Translations under genes and position numbers: made by a program
Notes under the pieces: model-generated
The model's input: only the letters and a program-made list of their open reading frames with translations
What the model was told of the DNA's origin: nothing
Database searches by the model: none
Part shown: piece after piece, positions 20,978 to 33,075 of the stretch
How positions within the stretch are numbered: position 1 is the stretch's first letter
Layout of the letters: each line of letters opens with the position of its first letter
NCBI GenBank assembly: GCA_963816185.1
Contig: CAWFJJ010000028.1
Location: 256,001 to 320,000 of the forward strand
From: Thermoanaerobaculia bacterium
GTDB lineage: Bacteria > Acidobacteriota > Thermoanaerobaculia > UBA5066
Direction of reading: 5' to 3'
DNA: 64,000 nucleotides

Positions 20978-21334
20978 AGTCGATTCGTTCTCCCCGTTCG
21001 CTTGATATTGTTCCACCATTGGAGAGCGGCGGATCCCGAAGGACATCGCGAATCCAAGACCGGAGACAGGGCAGGGTGAAACGCCGATGCGTCGATAAGA
21101 ACGCCTTCCTTCATGACCGCGTCGTCGTCGCGGATGCCAGGTCGCGCAGCTATCACACCGTTGGCGTTCGCCGGCACAAGAGCGCGGAATAGTGGCGAAG
21201 CTCGGTTCACCCTTCGCCTTTCCTGACCTAAGGCAAGCGCGGGTACACGAACGTCTCGGGCGACTAGTTGGGCCGGGACCAGCGGACCACTTTCAGGACG
21301 CCTGTGAAACGCCCCGGGTTCTCCGGAGACCTGT

Positions 21335-22566
<1,232 letters not shown>

Positions 22567-22626
22567 GGCTCCATCCTCTCAAGTGTTGGAGCCTCCGGAA
22601 ATGCCGGGGCGATTCAAACTGTTGAT

Positions 22627-22679
22627 AAGTGTTACCCATGTGCCTGGACTAAAGTGTTACCTATGTGCCCGACCGTTCA
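22627..22679. mobile_element. Orphan IS end, IS481-like
   Basis: AAGTGTTACCYATGTGCC twice, 25 bp apart, ending in TCA. Confidence 0.55.
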
Positions 22680-23112
22680 TTCTTAACACGCGGTCGCGGG
22701 ACTTAAGCCAGGCGCTATGGCGGAGGCGGAGCAACGACCACCAGAAGCGCGCACGGACGAGAAAGAGCCTGGGAGGTGAAGAAGCGACCGACACCTTCAC
22801 GTTGTGCTCGAGAAACATGGCCTCGCCCTGCGCGAGTTCGTGAATAGGGCGAACGCACGCGTACGTGACGGAATTGAAAAAGCCGACGGCATAGAGCTCG
22901 ACAGGAAGGCCGCGTTCGCGCGCTTCTTCAAATTGGCGTTCCGCCGACGCTGAGATGCCGGGCGCGCTAGGACGAAAAAGCGCCGTCTTGTTCCCGGGAA
23001 AGCTAAGGACGTGCTCGTGCGTAACCCATGCGATGTTGCCCGGCCAGCCCTCGTGCGCTAGGAGGGATGTGAAGCGCTGGATGGCCTCGGAAAAGCCCTG
23101 AGTCACGTTCAA
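22657..23112 (-). CDS. Integron cassette hypothetical protein (3' end possibly replaced by the IS end)
   Basis: Starts just after the GTTAGGC of attC on the minus strand; lower GC. Confidence 0.6.
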   Translation of the reverse strand: MNVTQGFSEAIQRFTSLLAHEGWPGNIAWVTHEHVLSFPGNKTALFRPSAPGISASAERQFEEARERGLPVELYAVGFFNSVTYACVRPIHELAQGEAMFLEHNVKVSVASSPPRLFLVRARFWWSLLRLRHSAWLKSRDRVLRMNGRAHR

Positions 23113-23115
23113 GCC

Positions 23116-23175
23116 GCCTAACGATACCGCGTTCAGCGGCGAGCGCAGCGAGTCCGCTGCAACGCGCCGTTAGGC
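23116..23175 (-). other. Integron attC site
   Basis: GCCTAAC...GTTAGGC ends; 60-bp imperfect palindrome (CGCGTTCAGCGG / CCGCTGCAACGCG) with an extrahelical base. Confidence 0.85.
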
Positions 23176-23471
23176 TGACTGCGCGGTGACGCCACGGAGG
23201 GTACCGAGGCGCGACACCGAACAACGGTTGAAGCAGTGCAGGCGACGCCGGGTTCCGGCGACCGTGAGAAAAGCACGGGGTGAGCCGGATGGGCGACCCA
23301 GAAGACGTGAGCTCACGAGAGCGTTATGCCGAGCGTGACCAGTAGCCCGCGTGGCCGGCTGCCTCCCGCCGAAACACATTTGAAACAAAGCTCGAGGGCA
23401 AGATGCCGGCCACGCGCTGCCTCCTCGAGTGCACGGGTCTGAGCAGAAATAAACGCCTGAGCCGTTAACGA

Positions 23472-23491
23472 GCCTAACTAGTATTAGACGG
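23472..23491 (-). other. Putative attI-like site
   Basis: Minus strand CCGTCTAATACTAGTTAGGC resembles an L-box/spacer/GTTRRRY simple site, one cassette length upstream of attC. Confidence 0.45.
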
Positions 23492-23509
23492 CAAGAGCGG
23501 TATCCACAT

Positions 23510-23980
23510 CTAGGTGCTTTTACCCTTGAATCGAGTGGATGTCTGTGCGGATAGTGATTTTCGTGTCCCTACGTGTATAGAAGATTTCGGGTTGGCCGAG
23601 GTGTGTGGGACTAGGACCGAAACACGGTCCTTCAGGCCAAGCGCGATTGCCTTGTCGTAGCGGATTCGCCAGCGCAGGGCTTTCATCACGAATCGGCCGC
23701 CGGCGGCCCGAATCTTCTCCCGTAGATCTCGCTCCCACGACCGAACCTCGACGAGGACGCTTCGCGAGGCCGAGGGTGCCCATGGCGCTGACGTGACGAC
23801 GAGCTCGACTGTCGTGAACCGCGTCGGAGGCGAATTGCTGTAGCGGTAGCGAACCGTGACGAGCCGGTCACCCCAGTCGCGGACAAGCTTCGCCGTCCCG
23901 CGGTCGCCGGGCCTCATCGTCGACCCGACGACGCTCGCGAAGACGGGGGTGCTCGGAGTGATGCGGCTCTTTCCTCTCAC
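23510..23980 (-). CDS. Conserved-looking hypothetical protein
   Basis: RPGDRGTAKLVRDWGDRLVTVRYRY...TTVELVV. Confidence 0.6.
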   Translation of the reverse strand: MRGKSRITPSTPVFASVVGSTMRPGDRGTAKLVRDWGDRLVTVRYRYSNSPPTRFTTVELVVTSAPWAPSASRSVLVEVRSWERDLREKIRAAGGRFVMKALRWRIRYDKAIALGLKDRVSVLVPHTSANPKSSIHVGTRKSLSAQTSTRFKGKST

Positions 23981-25191
23981 GGTTTCGGCATCGGAGCGAC
24001 GGGCTCACCCGTGCGGGCCTCCTTCGGCCACACGATGTCGACCTTCCCGCCCGGCTTGTTCTGTGTCACGACGAAGGGGAGGACGGCCTGGCCGGTCTTC
24101 GTGAATTTCAGGACGCCGCCGGGCAGGATCGAATCTTTCAGCTCGACTGCGGCGAGCGCCGAGCGGATCGCCTCGGGCTTCAGCGAGCCGGCTTTGTGTA
24201 TCGCCGCGAAAAGCGCGCGCACGGTTTCGTATGCGGTCGCGTGGTACCACTGCGGCTCGGAGCCTTCGGCCGCCTTCCACTTCGCGTTGAACGCCTTGAC
24301 CTGGGGATACGGCAGGAGGTCCGACCACCAGCCGCTCGCGAAGATGTAATCGGTCGCCGCGCCGAGGGCCTTCCGTCCGGCCGCGTCCGCGCCGCGCGCG
24401 CCGTACGTGACCATCTGGTGGTACAGGCCCATCTGCGTGTACGTGCGCTGCATCGAGATGAAGTCCTCGAGGTGCGCGTCGCACATGAAGAGGTCGGCCT
24501 TCGCGGCGGCGACGCGGCCGAGGAGCGGCTTGAAGTCGGGCGCGTAGAGCTCGAAGCTTTCGTCGAGGACGACCGAGAACTCGGGATGCGCCTTCGCGAA
24601 GTCCTTGACGCCTTTTTGGAAGTCCTTCCCGTGCTCCGTGTTCTCGATGAGGAGGGCGATTTTCAGCGGCTTCTTGAGCTTGCCCTTCGCGACGAGATCC
24701 GAGAGGAATTCCATCTGCGTGGACGCGAGGTTCTCGACGGGCGACAGGACCCCGAAGACCCACTTGCTGCGCCCGTAAATGCTCGTCGCCCCCGCGCCGC
24801 CGGAGACGAACGGGATGCCGTAACGATCGGGAACGACGCTCTGCGCCTGGACGAGCTGCGAGCCGTAGCCGCCAATCACGGCGTGGACCTTCTCCCGCGC
24901 CATGAGCTCCTCGACGAGCTGTGCGCTGCGGGCCGCGTCCGAGGTGTCGTCGAGCAGGGAGAGGTCGATCTTCATCTTCTTGCCGCCGACGTCGAGGCCG
25001 CCGGCGTCGTTGACCTCCTTGACGGCGAACTCCGTTGCCTGCTTGTAGGCGCCCCCGATCTTCGACTCCTTGCCCGTGACGGGCAAGACGGCGCCGAGCC
25101 GGATCACGTCTTGGGCCGGAGCCGGGGGGGCAGCCGCCAGGAGCACGGCGGCGAGGACGAGGAGAATGCGGGGCGGTCGGTTTGACTTCAT
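23977..25191 (-). CDS. Branched-chain amino acid-type ABC substrate-binding protein
   Basis: Signal peptide and LivK-like fold motifs. Confidence 0.85.
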   Translation of the reverse strand: MKSNRPPRILLVLAAVLLAAAPPAPAQDVIRLGAVLPVTGKESKIGGAYKQATEFAVKEVNDAGGLDVGGKKMKIDLSLLDDTSDAARSAQLVEELMAREKVHAVIGGYGSQLVQAQSVVPDRYGIPFVSGGAGATSIYGRSKWVFGVLSPVENLASTQMEFLSDLVAKGKLKKPLKIALLIENTEHGKDFQKGVKDFAKAHPEFSVVLDESFELYAPDFKPLLGRVAAAKADLFMCDAHLEDFISMQRTYTQMGLYHQMVTYGARGADAAGRKALGAATDYIFASGWWSDLLPYPQVKAFNAKWKAAEGSEPQWYHATAYETVRALFAAIHKAGSLKPEAIRSALAAVELKDSILPGGVLKFTKTGQAVLPFVVTQNKPGGKVDIVWPKEARTGEPVAPMPKP

Positions 25192-25282
25192 GGGTCCTCC
25201 TCCAGAACGGGTCCGCCCCTCGGGAAGAGGGGCGGCGATGTGTGCGAAAAAGGCCCGGAACGCGCCGCGCGGCGCCGCGAGA

Positions 25283-26440
25283 TCAGAAGTAGTAGACCTG
25301 CATCTGTACCGTGAACTGGTTCGTCGTGAATCCGACCTTGGGGGAGACGCGCTGCCACCAGACCTTGATGTTGAAGTTGCTCTCCGCCTTCGTGTACGGG
25401 TAGAAGTTGAGGCCGACGGCCACGCGGTCTTCGTTCTTGCCCGCGTTCACGGCCTGCGTGTACGTTCTCTGCTCGTACCGAATGCTGGGGCCCATCTTGA
25501 TCGGCTTGAGGTAGACCATGCCCTCGATCTGGAACGTGTTCTCCTCGGGAAGGGTGGTCAGGAATTTTCCGCCGTTGATGTACTGGTACTGGACCGTCGA
25601 CTCGAACGCGCCGAGCGGGATCGGCCAGTCGAGGTACATGTCGGCCGACGCGTAACGGTAGTCGCCCTGCGTGTCATAAGCGCCTCCCACCGCGAGGATC
25701 TTCCGGTTGCCGAAGTTCGCGCTCGCGTACGAGACGAAGTTGTAGACCTCCTTGTCGAAGAAGTCGTACTGCAGGCGCTCGACGAACCGCGGCGAGTTTT
25801 TCACGCCCGGCTGGCGGAAGCCGCCGAATATCGCCGAGCGGTATTCGAGGCGGTCGCAGAGGAAGTAGCCGCGGAACATGACGCCCGTGTCGCGGCCGGC
25901 ATTGTTCTGGAGCGGCGCGCTCGTGAGGAACGTGTAGGCCGAGAGGTCGAGCATGAACTCCGTCGGGCTGCTCTTGAGGCCCTCGCGGCTGATCGGCGCC
26001 CGGATCTCGCCGACCTGGATGTTGAACTCTTTCGCGATGCGCCACTCGCCGACGGCGTCGAGGAGATTGAACCCCGAGCCGAGGGCCTTCGCCCCCGTCG
26101 TCGCGCCGACGGCCTGCGTCGACTTTCCGAGAGTCGAGTTCTCGGTCTCGGCGAAGAAGAAGACGTTCTTGGCGACCTGTCCGCCGATGAGGAAGCGGAG
26201 GCGGCGAATGAGGAGGTTCTCCTGGTAGCCGCCGGACGAGGTCGGGTTCGCGGTGCTCGCGACTTCCTGGAAGTCCGCCTGGGGCTGCATGAGGAGGCCG
26301 AGCTTGAAATTGATGCTGTCGTTGACCTTGATGAGGGCCTGGGCTTGAACCCGTTGGGCCAGGCCGAATGCAAGCAGGAAAAAGGCGGCGATGAGGCCCC
26401 GGGCGGTCGTCCGCAGTGCGCGGTGCGCGGAAATCGGCAT
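25283..26440 (-). CDS. Outer-membrane porin (OprO/P-like)
   Basis: Signal peptide, IRRLR and GRDTG motifs, C-terminal Phe. Confidence 0.7.
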   Translation of the reverse strand: MPISAHRALRTTARGLIAAFFLLAFGLAQRVQAQALIKVNDSINFKLGLLMQPQADFQEVASTANPTSSGGYQENLLIRRLRFLIGGQVAKNVFFFAETENSTLGKSTQAVGATTGAKALGSGFNLLDAVGEWRIAKEFNIQVGEIRAPISREGLKSSPTEFMLDLSAYTFLTSAPLQNNAGRDTGVMFRGYFLCDRLEYRSAIFGGFRQPGVKNSPRFVERLQYDFFDKEVYNFVSYASANFGNRKILAVGGAYDTQGDYRYASADMYLDWPIPLGAFESTVQYQYINGGKFLTTLPEENTFQIEGMVYLKPIKMGPSIRYEQRTYTQAVNAGKNEDRVAVGLNFYPYTKAESNFNIKVWWQRVSPKVGFTTNQFTVQMQVYYF

Positions 26441-26558
26441 GAGAGCGTCTCTCCTCCTAGGCCGGACTTATTAGATGACAGAAAGGATAATGGAACACCC
26501 CATGGACTTCAATCGCTGATGCGAATGAATCATATGGCGCGTTCGCGCGCAGTGAGCA

Positions 26559-27995
26559 TCACGGCTCTTCGGACTCGTCCTTTTTTCGCGTGGCGGCTCG
26601 ACGCGAAAACCGTTGAACTCTGTCGGTGAGGCTCCCCGGCCGGACCTGGAGGCCGGAGCGGGTCAGATCGCCGATGGCGACGTCCATCCTGACGTCGAGG
26701 CCTGCCGACTTCGAGAGGCCGATCTTCTGGCTCGCGTAAACGCTCCGGTGTCCGACCATGAGGAAGGCCGTGCCGGCCGTGAGCGCCGCATACACGCCGA
26801 CGTCCCGCGGCAGGAGCTCGATGCCCATGATGGCCGCCGCGATCGGCGTATTCGCGGCGCCCGCGACGACACCCACGAAGCCGAAAGCCGCGAAGAGCCC
26901 CGTCGGAAGGTGCAGGAGCCGCGCGAGGGCCGCCCCGCTCGTGGCGCCGATGAAGAAGAGAGACGTCACGATCCCGCCGCTCCCGCCGGACTCCAGCGTA
27001 ACGGCCGTCGCGACGATCTTCCACAGGAACGCGAGGATCGCAATCGTCCCTGTGGCGGCGAGGGCGCTCTCGATCGTCGGGACTCCGAGACCGGCGTACG
27101 TGTCGCCGACCAGGGCGTAGAAGGCCGCGAGAAACACACCCCCGGCCGCGGCGACGAGGTACGGGTGCTCCTCGAAACGCCTCAGGCCGCGCTCGAGCCC
27201 CCGCATCGCCTCGATCAGGAGGAGCGCGACGAGACCGAAGACGGCTCCAAAGAGGATCGACAGGCCGACGAGCTCGGAGTGCCCGAGGCCGCCGAGTCCT
27301 TCGTGCAGAACGGGTACGGGCGCCTGGACGCCGCAGACAAGGTGGGCCACGATACCGGATACGAGGCAGGGGAAGAGGACGGCGTACTCGATCCGCCCGA
27401 GGTAGAGCACCTCGATCCCGAAGAGGGCACCGGAGATCGGCGTCCCGAACACGGCCGCGAAGCCGCCGCCGATCCCGCAGATCACGAGGCGCCGACGGTC
27501 CTGGTCGTTGAGCCGCAGGACATCGGCGAACAGGCTGGCGATCGCGGCCCCGATCTGGGCGCAGGGCCCCTCCTTCCCGACCGAGCCGCCGAAGGCGAGC
27601 GTCACGACGGTGGCGAGAAGCTTGATGGGAGCGACCTTCCAGGGGATCCGGCCGGACTCGCGGTGGACCGCGGCGATGACGGCCTCGGTCCCGTGGCCGC
27701 GCGCCGTGGGCGCGAACGCCCGGATCAGGTACACGCACACCGGGAGCGCGAAGGGGAGGAACCACGTCGGCGAGATCCCGCCCGGAGTCACCCGCATGAC
27801 CCACGCCCCGGATGCCTGGAGCGACCAGAGGAACGCGCGCGTCCCGAAGCCGACGCAGAGGCCCGCCACTGCGCCGAGGACCGCCCACTTCAGCGTGCTG
27901 ATGACGAGCGCCGTGTGCTCGGTGTACCAGCGCGTCTCGTCGGCGAGCCTCGGCGGCGGCTGTTCCTCCGGCTCCATCGGCGGAGTGTCCTGCAT
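26559..27995 (-). CDS. ClC-family chloride channel/antiporter
   Basis: GKEGP, GFAAVFGTP, GAANTPIA motifs. Confidence 0.9.
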   Translation of the reverse strand: MQDTPPMEPEEQPPPRLADETRWYTEHTALVISTLKWAVLGAVAGLCVGFGTRAFLWSLQASGAWVMRVTPGGISPTWFLPFALPVCVYLIRAFAPTARGHGTEAVIAAVHRESGRIPWKVAPIKLLATVVTLAFGGSVGKEGPCAQIGAAIASLFADVLRLNDQDRRRLVICGIGGGFAAVFGTPISGALFGIEVLYLGRIEYAVLFPCLVSGIVAHLVCGVQAPVPVLHEGLGGLGHSELVGLSILFGAVFGLVALLLIEAMRGLERGLRRFEEHPYLVAAAGGVFLAAFYALVGDTYAGLGVPTIESALAATGTIAILAFLWKIVATAVTLESGGSGGIVTSLFFIGATSGAALARLLHLPTGLFAAFGFVGVVAGAANTPIAAAIMGIELLPRDVGVYAALTAGTAFLMVGHRSVYASQKIGLSKSAGLDVRMDVAIGDLTRSGLQVRPGSLTDRVQRFSRRAATRKKDESEEP

Positions 27996-28039
27996 TTTTA
28001 ATTTGAGGTCAAATTAATGGCGTGCGATCATTCCCCGGG

Positions 28040-28576
28040 ATGGACGCGGCGGGCAAACCGGCGAGGCCCCTCGGCAAGGTGCTCGACTTCATGCGTCTCA
28101 TCTGGGCACTCGACCACGGGCTGCAGTCCCTCTCGAAGCGCATGCAGGCCTCGATCGGCCTCACCGGCCCGCAGCGCGTCGCCCTGCGCGTCCTGGGCCG
28201 CCGGCCCGGGATCTCCGCGGGTGCCCTCGCGGACGTCCTCCGGCTTCATCCGAGCACCCTGACGGGGATCCTCCATCGGCTGGAGCGGCGCGGGCTCGTC
28301 CGAAGGAGCCCCGACCCGGAGGACCGGCGGCGGATCCACCTCGCGCTCACGGCGCGCGGCCGGCGGCTCGACGTCCCCGTCCTGGGAACTGTCGAGGCGG
28401 TCGTCGAGCGCGTCCTCGCCGGCATCCCCGCGAGGCGGGTCCGCCCTGCGGCCGAATTCCTCACAGCCGTCGGCGCCGCCCTCCTCGAAAGGCCGGCGCC
28501 CGTGCGGCGGCGGCGCGCGATCCGAGTCGCGACGAGCCATCGCCCCAAATATGACCATTCGAGGTCAAAACATTAG
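28040..28576 (+). CDS. MarR-family regulator
   Basis: GLTGPQ...LERRGLVRR..DPEDRR. Confidence 0.88.
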   Translation: MDAAGKPARPLGKVLDFMRLIWALDHGLQSLSKRMQASIGLTGPQRVALRVLGRRPGISAGALADVLRLHPSTLTGILHRLERRGLVRRSPDPEDRRRIHLALTARGRRLDVPVLGTVEAVVERVLAGIPARRVRPAAEFLTAVGAALLERPAPVRRRRAIRVATSHRPKYDHSRSKH

Positions 28577-28693
28577 TTCGCCGCGCTCCGGTTCACCGCG
28601 CCATTTCTGCCGGTACGCCCGTTGCAATACGAGCGTTGCGGCGGTCGGATCAGGGCCGTTCGGGCCCGCCTTCGGCCGTTGAAGGAGGGTCCG

Positions 28694-29341
28694 ATGGGAA
28701 CCAGGGCTCCATGGGTGATTGCTGCATGTCTTGGAATCGCGTGTCTGGCCGAGGCGGGCTACATCGTCGCACACCGCGCCGCCGCGTCGGCGCCGCCGGG
28801 AGGGGCGGCCGCGCTCCCGGCGGGAGACTTCGACCGCTGGGATCGACATTTGCACGAGGAGATCGCGCGGACGGGCAAGCTCGTCGACAAGGACTTCGAC
28901 AAGCTCTTCGGGGACGACTTCTTCCGTCGGCGCTTCGACCCGTTTGCTGAGATCAACCGGGCTCGCCGCCGGCTCGAGGAGGGCCTCGCGGGCCCGAAGC
29001 GTGCGCTCTTCAACAGCTCCTTCCGGGATTGGTTCTCGAAGCGAATGGATCTCGCGGGAATCACGACGAAGATCGCGGAGCAAGGCAAGGACCTCACGGT
29101 GACGTTCGGGATCCCCGGCCTCAAGGAGGACTCGGTCAAGCTCGACGTCAACGCGAACCGCATCCGCTTCCGCTATGAGGCCAGCAAGGACGTGAAGAAG
29201 GGCGGGAGCGACGTCGAGACGACCGAGAGCGTCGAGAAGATCCTTCCTCTTCCGGACGGGGCCGACCCGAACGGGTTCCAGGTTCGGAAAGGCAAGGACG
29301 AGGTCACCCTTGTCTTCCACAAGATGGAGCACGCCGCGTGA
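28694..29341 (+). CDS. Hsp20-domain protein with hydrophobic N-terminus
   Basis: IPGLKEDSVKLDV...LPLPDGAD. Confidence 0.6.
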   Translation: MGTRAPWVIAACLGIACLAEAGYIVAHRAAASAPPGGAAALPAGDFDRWDRHLHEEIARTGKLVDKDFDKLFGDDFFRRRFDPFAEINRARRRLEEGLAGPKRALFNSSFRDWFSKRMDLAGITTKIAEQGKDLTVTFGIPGLKEDSVKLDVNANRIRFRYEASKDVKKGGSDVETTESVEKILPLPDGADPNGFQVRKGKDEVTLVFHKMEHAA

Positions 29342-29364
29342 CCCGGAGCGCGGGTCGTGATCGC

Positions 29365-30030
29365 ATGAAGAAGCCGCCCGTCTTTTCCCACGAGGAGGCA
29401 CGGGCGTTCTACGACGCCTTCGGCTCCAAGCAGGACCTCCAGCGGTTCTACGAAGACCAGGCGATCGACGTTCTTCTCGACCATGCTCTCTTCGAGAGCG
29501 CGAGCGCGGTCGTGGAGTTCGGATGCGGCACCGGCCGCCTCGCGGAGCGTCTCCTGCGCGAGAGGCTCTCTGCGCGCGCCACGTACGACGGCTTCGACGT
29601 CAGCCCCACGATGGTCGGGCTGGCCGAGGCTCGGCTGAGACCGTGGGCCGGCCGGGCGCGTGCGCACCTGACATCGGGGGCGCCGGCCCTTCCTCTTGCC
29701 GACGCAGCCTGCGACCGGTTTCTTTCGACGTACGTCCTCGACCTGCTCGGAGAGGACGAGATCCGTGCCGCCCTTCTGGAAGCGGCACGCGTCCTCGCTC
29801 CCGGCGGGCTGCTCTGCCTGGCGAGCTTGACGTTCGGCGAGAGCCTGCCGTCGCGCCTCCTGAGCCGGCTTTGGACGGCCGTTCATTCCCGGAGCCCGCG
29901 GCTCGTCGGCGGATGCCGCCCTCTTCGTCTCGCACAGTTCTTCCCGCCCGGCTTGCTCGTCGCCCACCGCGAGGTCGTCTGTGCGTTGGGGATCTGCACG
30001 GAGGTGATCGTCGGCAATCGGAGTCCCTGA
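29365..30030 (+). CDS. Class I SAM-dependent methyltransferase
   Basis: VEFGCGTG; RVLAPGG. Confidence 0.85.
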   Translation: MKKPPVFSHEEARAFYDAFGSKQDLQRFYEDQAIDVLLDHALFESASAVVEFGCGTGRLAERLLRERLSARATYDGFDVSPTMVGLAEARLRPWAGRARAHLTSGAPALPLADAACDRFLSTYVLDLLGEDEIRAALLEAARVLAPGGLLCLASLTFGESLPSRLLSRLWTAVHSRSPRLVGGCRPLRLAQFFPPGLLVAHREVVCALGICTEVIVGNRSP

Positions 30031-30128
30031 CGGTGGCGTGCCCGCCGGGTACACGGTTTGCACGTCATCGACCGGGCCGAGAGGCTCACGGGAAGGATCT
30101 GCAAAAGGGGAGAGGAGTTAGAGACGTC

Positions 30129-30491
30129 ATGCTTCAAGTTCTGGCCGGGCTTCCGGAGAACGTAGTCGCCATTTCGGCTAGCGGCAAGGTCACGGGGAAA
30201 GACTACGAGTCTGTCCTGATACCGGCAGTCGAGAACGCGCTCACGCATCACGAAAGGATTCGCTTCCTGTATCGGCTTGGATCCGAATTTACCGGCTTCA
30301 CGGCCGCCGCCCTCTGGGACGACGCCATTGTCGGCTTGAAGAACCGAAAGGCCTTCGAGCGGGTTGCGATCGTCACCGACGTTCCGTGGGTGGCCGAAGC
30401 GGTGAAGGTGCTCGGCGTCCTGGTCCCATGTCCCGTGAAGGTTTTCGGCAACGACGAGGCCGAGCAGGCGAAGGCCTGGGTGGCGGCCTGA
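30129..30491 (+). CDS. STAS/SEC14 (SpoIIAA-like) protein
   Basis: GKVTGKDYE...ALWDD...ERVAIVTD...AKAWV. Confidence 0.85.
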   Translation: MLQVLAGLPENVVAISASGKVTGKDYESVLIPAVENALTHHERIRFLYRLGSEFTGFTAAALWDDAIVGLKNRKAFERVAIVTDVPWVAEAVKVLGVLVPCPVKVFGNDEAEQAKAWVAA

Positions 30492-31437
30492 TGCGCCCTG
30501 AAGGCGCCGCGATCCACGCCGCGAGTTCGTTCGGTCCGGAACGCCAGGCCAGGAGCGTCAGCCCGCTTCGCCGCATCATCTGCGCCAGCGACTTGAGCGA
30601 GGGCGCCGAGAAGCGATCCGCCAAGCCTACATTCTGTCCCACGCCTACGGAGCCGATCTCGAGATCCTTTACGTGACGTCGAGCCCGGACGGCGGTCACT
30701 CGTCGCTCGCCCGCCTGAGGCGCCGTCCTCGAGCTCGACCGGCTCTCGAGGTCGCGCGCGAGCGAACTCGGAAGGAGCTGACGTCGAGGGTCGCCTCGCT
30801 CACGGGCGCGTCGCCGAGCGAGAACAGCGTTCTCGTGGCCGAGGGCGTGCCCTTCGCTGCGATCGTGCACCGAGCCGACGAGTCGGAGCCGACCTGATCG
30901 TGGTCGGAAGCAACAGCGCGACGGGTCGCGGGATGCAGCACCTCGGCGAGGTCGCCGTGAGGGTCGTCCGTCACGCGCACCGTTCGGTCTCGTGGCGACG
31001 GCGCGGCCCGGGAAGCGGAAAGATCCTCGCGGCGACGGACTTCTCGGATCCGTCGCTCCCCGCGGTCACGACGGCTGCGAGGAAGCACGCCGTCGCGGAG
31101 CGAGCTTGACCGTCGTCCACAACGTCGATCCGGAGCTGGACTCGTTCGGACCGGTCCTGCAGTTCTTCCCCGACGATTTCATGACCGATCTCGGCCGTGG
31201 CGCTCGGGACGGCTCCTGGAAGTGCTTCAGCGGCTCGGCGTGGAAGGGGAAGCAGTCATCACGCGCGGCCCGGCGAGCGCCTCCATTCTTCGCCTGGCGG
31301 AAGGCCTCCCGGCCGACCTCGTGGTGGTCGGCAACTCGGGTGGCGCCGGTCTCGCAAACGCCCTTGTGGGGAGCGTGGCCGAGAGGGTCGTTCGCTGGGC
31401 TCCTTGCTCCGTTCTCGTCGTGAGACGCCGGCGTTGA
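30491..31437 (+). CDS. Universal stress protein, frameshifted
   Basis: IICASDLS, ILAATDFS and GSVAERVVRWAPCSVLVV lie in different frames. Confidence 0.75.
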
Positions 31438-31465
31438 GGGAAGGCGAGGGATCGGTAGGACGGCG

Positions 31466-32760
31466 ATGAGCGCTGGAGACGCCGGCAGGCGCCGTCGACG
31501 ACGTGGCGCTGTGCGACGAGCTTCAGAAGGAGACTTCGGCTACTTCCTGAACGAGTTCAATGCGACGACAGGCCTGATCGCCGAAAGACCGTTCCGGTTG
31601 GCCGTCGAGCATCGCCGCCGTCGGCCTCGCGCTCTCCGCCTTTCCGGTGGGCGTCGAGCGAAAGCTGCTCGAACGAGAGGAGGCGGTCCGCCGGGTCGAC
31701 GACGACGCTCGCGTTTCTTCTGGAACGCTCCCCAGGGAGAGGAGCCGGACGCGAGCGGATACAGGGGGTTCTACTACCACTTCCTCGACATGAAGACGGG
31801 GCGGCGCGCGTGGCGGTGCGAGCTCTCGACGATCGACACCGCTTCCTGATCGCCGGCATGCTGACGGCGGCGGTGTACTTCGACGGCGACATCCGAGGAG
31901 GAGCGGCGAGATCCGCGACGCTCGCGCGAGCAGCTGTACGGAGCGCGTCGACTGGGATTGGGCCCTGAACGGCGGCCGACCGTGACCCACGGCTGGAAGC
32001 CGGAGAGCGGATTCCTGCCTACGATGGGAAGGGTACGACGAGGCGCTGCTGCTGTACGTGCTCGCGCTCGGCTCGCCGACGCACGCGCTCCCGGCGCACA
32101 GCTACGCGGAGTGGGCGACGACGTACTCGTGGAAGAAGATCTACGGCCACGAGTACCTCTACGCGGGACCGCTGTTCATCCACCAGCTGTCGCACGTGTG
32201 GATCGACTTTCGGAGGCATCCAGGACGCTTCATGCGCGAGCGCGGGATCGACTACTTCGAGAACAGCCGGCGGGCGACGCTCGTGCACCAGCAGTACGCG
32301 ATCCGCAACCCGCTCGGCTCACGCCTTGTACGGCGAGTGCTGCTGGGGGCTCACGGCGATGCGACGGCCCGGGCGACGACCACGCTCGTCGTGGACGGCG
32401 TCGAACGGCGTTTCTACGATTACTCGCGCGTGGCGCGCCGTTCGGGCCGGACGACGGCACGATCGCGCCGTGGGCGGTCGTCGCGTCGCTGCCGTTCGCG
32501 CCGGAGATCGTGCTGCCGACGATTCGCCACTTCATCGAGAAGCTCCACCTCAGGACGACCATCCCTACGGCTTCAAGGCGACGTTCAACGCGACCTACCC
32601 GGGCGACAGGACGGCCGACCACGGGTGGATCTCGCCCTGGCACCTACGGCATCAACCAGGGGCCGATCGTGCTGATGATCGAGAACTACCGGTCGGGCTT
32701 CTTCTGGGACCTCATGAAACGCTGTCCGCCGATCCGCGAGGGCTTGCGCCGTGCTGGATG
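31466..32760 (+). CDS. Glucoamylase-like / GH144 protein, frameshifted
   Basis: GFYYHFLDM, ELSTIDTA, GPLFIHQLSH, DDGTIAP and GINQGPIVLMIENYR across frames. Confidence 0.8.
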
Positions 32761-33075
32761 ATCGGTGGATGGCTGTCGAACGACGGTCGACGCGATGAGA
32801 GCGGGCGGCAGAAGAGGAAGCGCGCGGCCAAGCGGGTGTCCAATCCCGTCGGCTCGGTGCTCGAGCCGATCGCCGAGGGTGTAGTGCTTTCTGTCGATCG
32901 GCAAATCTTGCACGGGGACCGGCCACACGGCCGGGGCTGTGACGCAGCGAGCGAACCGTCCGACTGCCGAAACGAGCCGGCTGGTGCAGCTGGGCGATGT
33001 CCGCGGTATGGCGTCAATTATGCGTAAGTGTCTATACGGTTTCGAACGGGACCGCGAAGTGGCGAGGAAATAGCC

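Noticed and set aside
25213-25235. GC hairpin CCGCCCCTC-GGGAA-GAGGGGCGG between the porin and binding-protein genes
   Set aside because: No U-tract follows on the coding strand and it occurs once; it cannot be called a terminator
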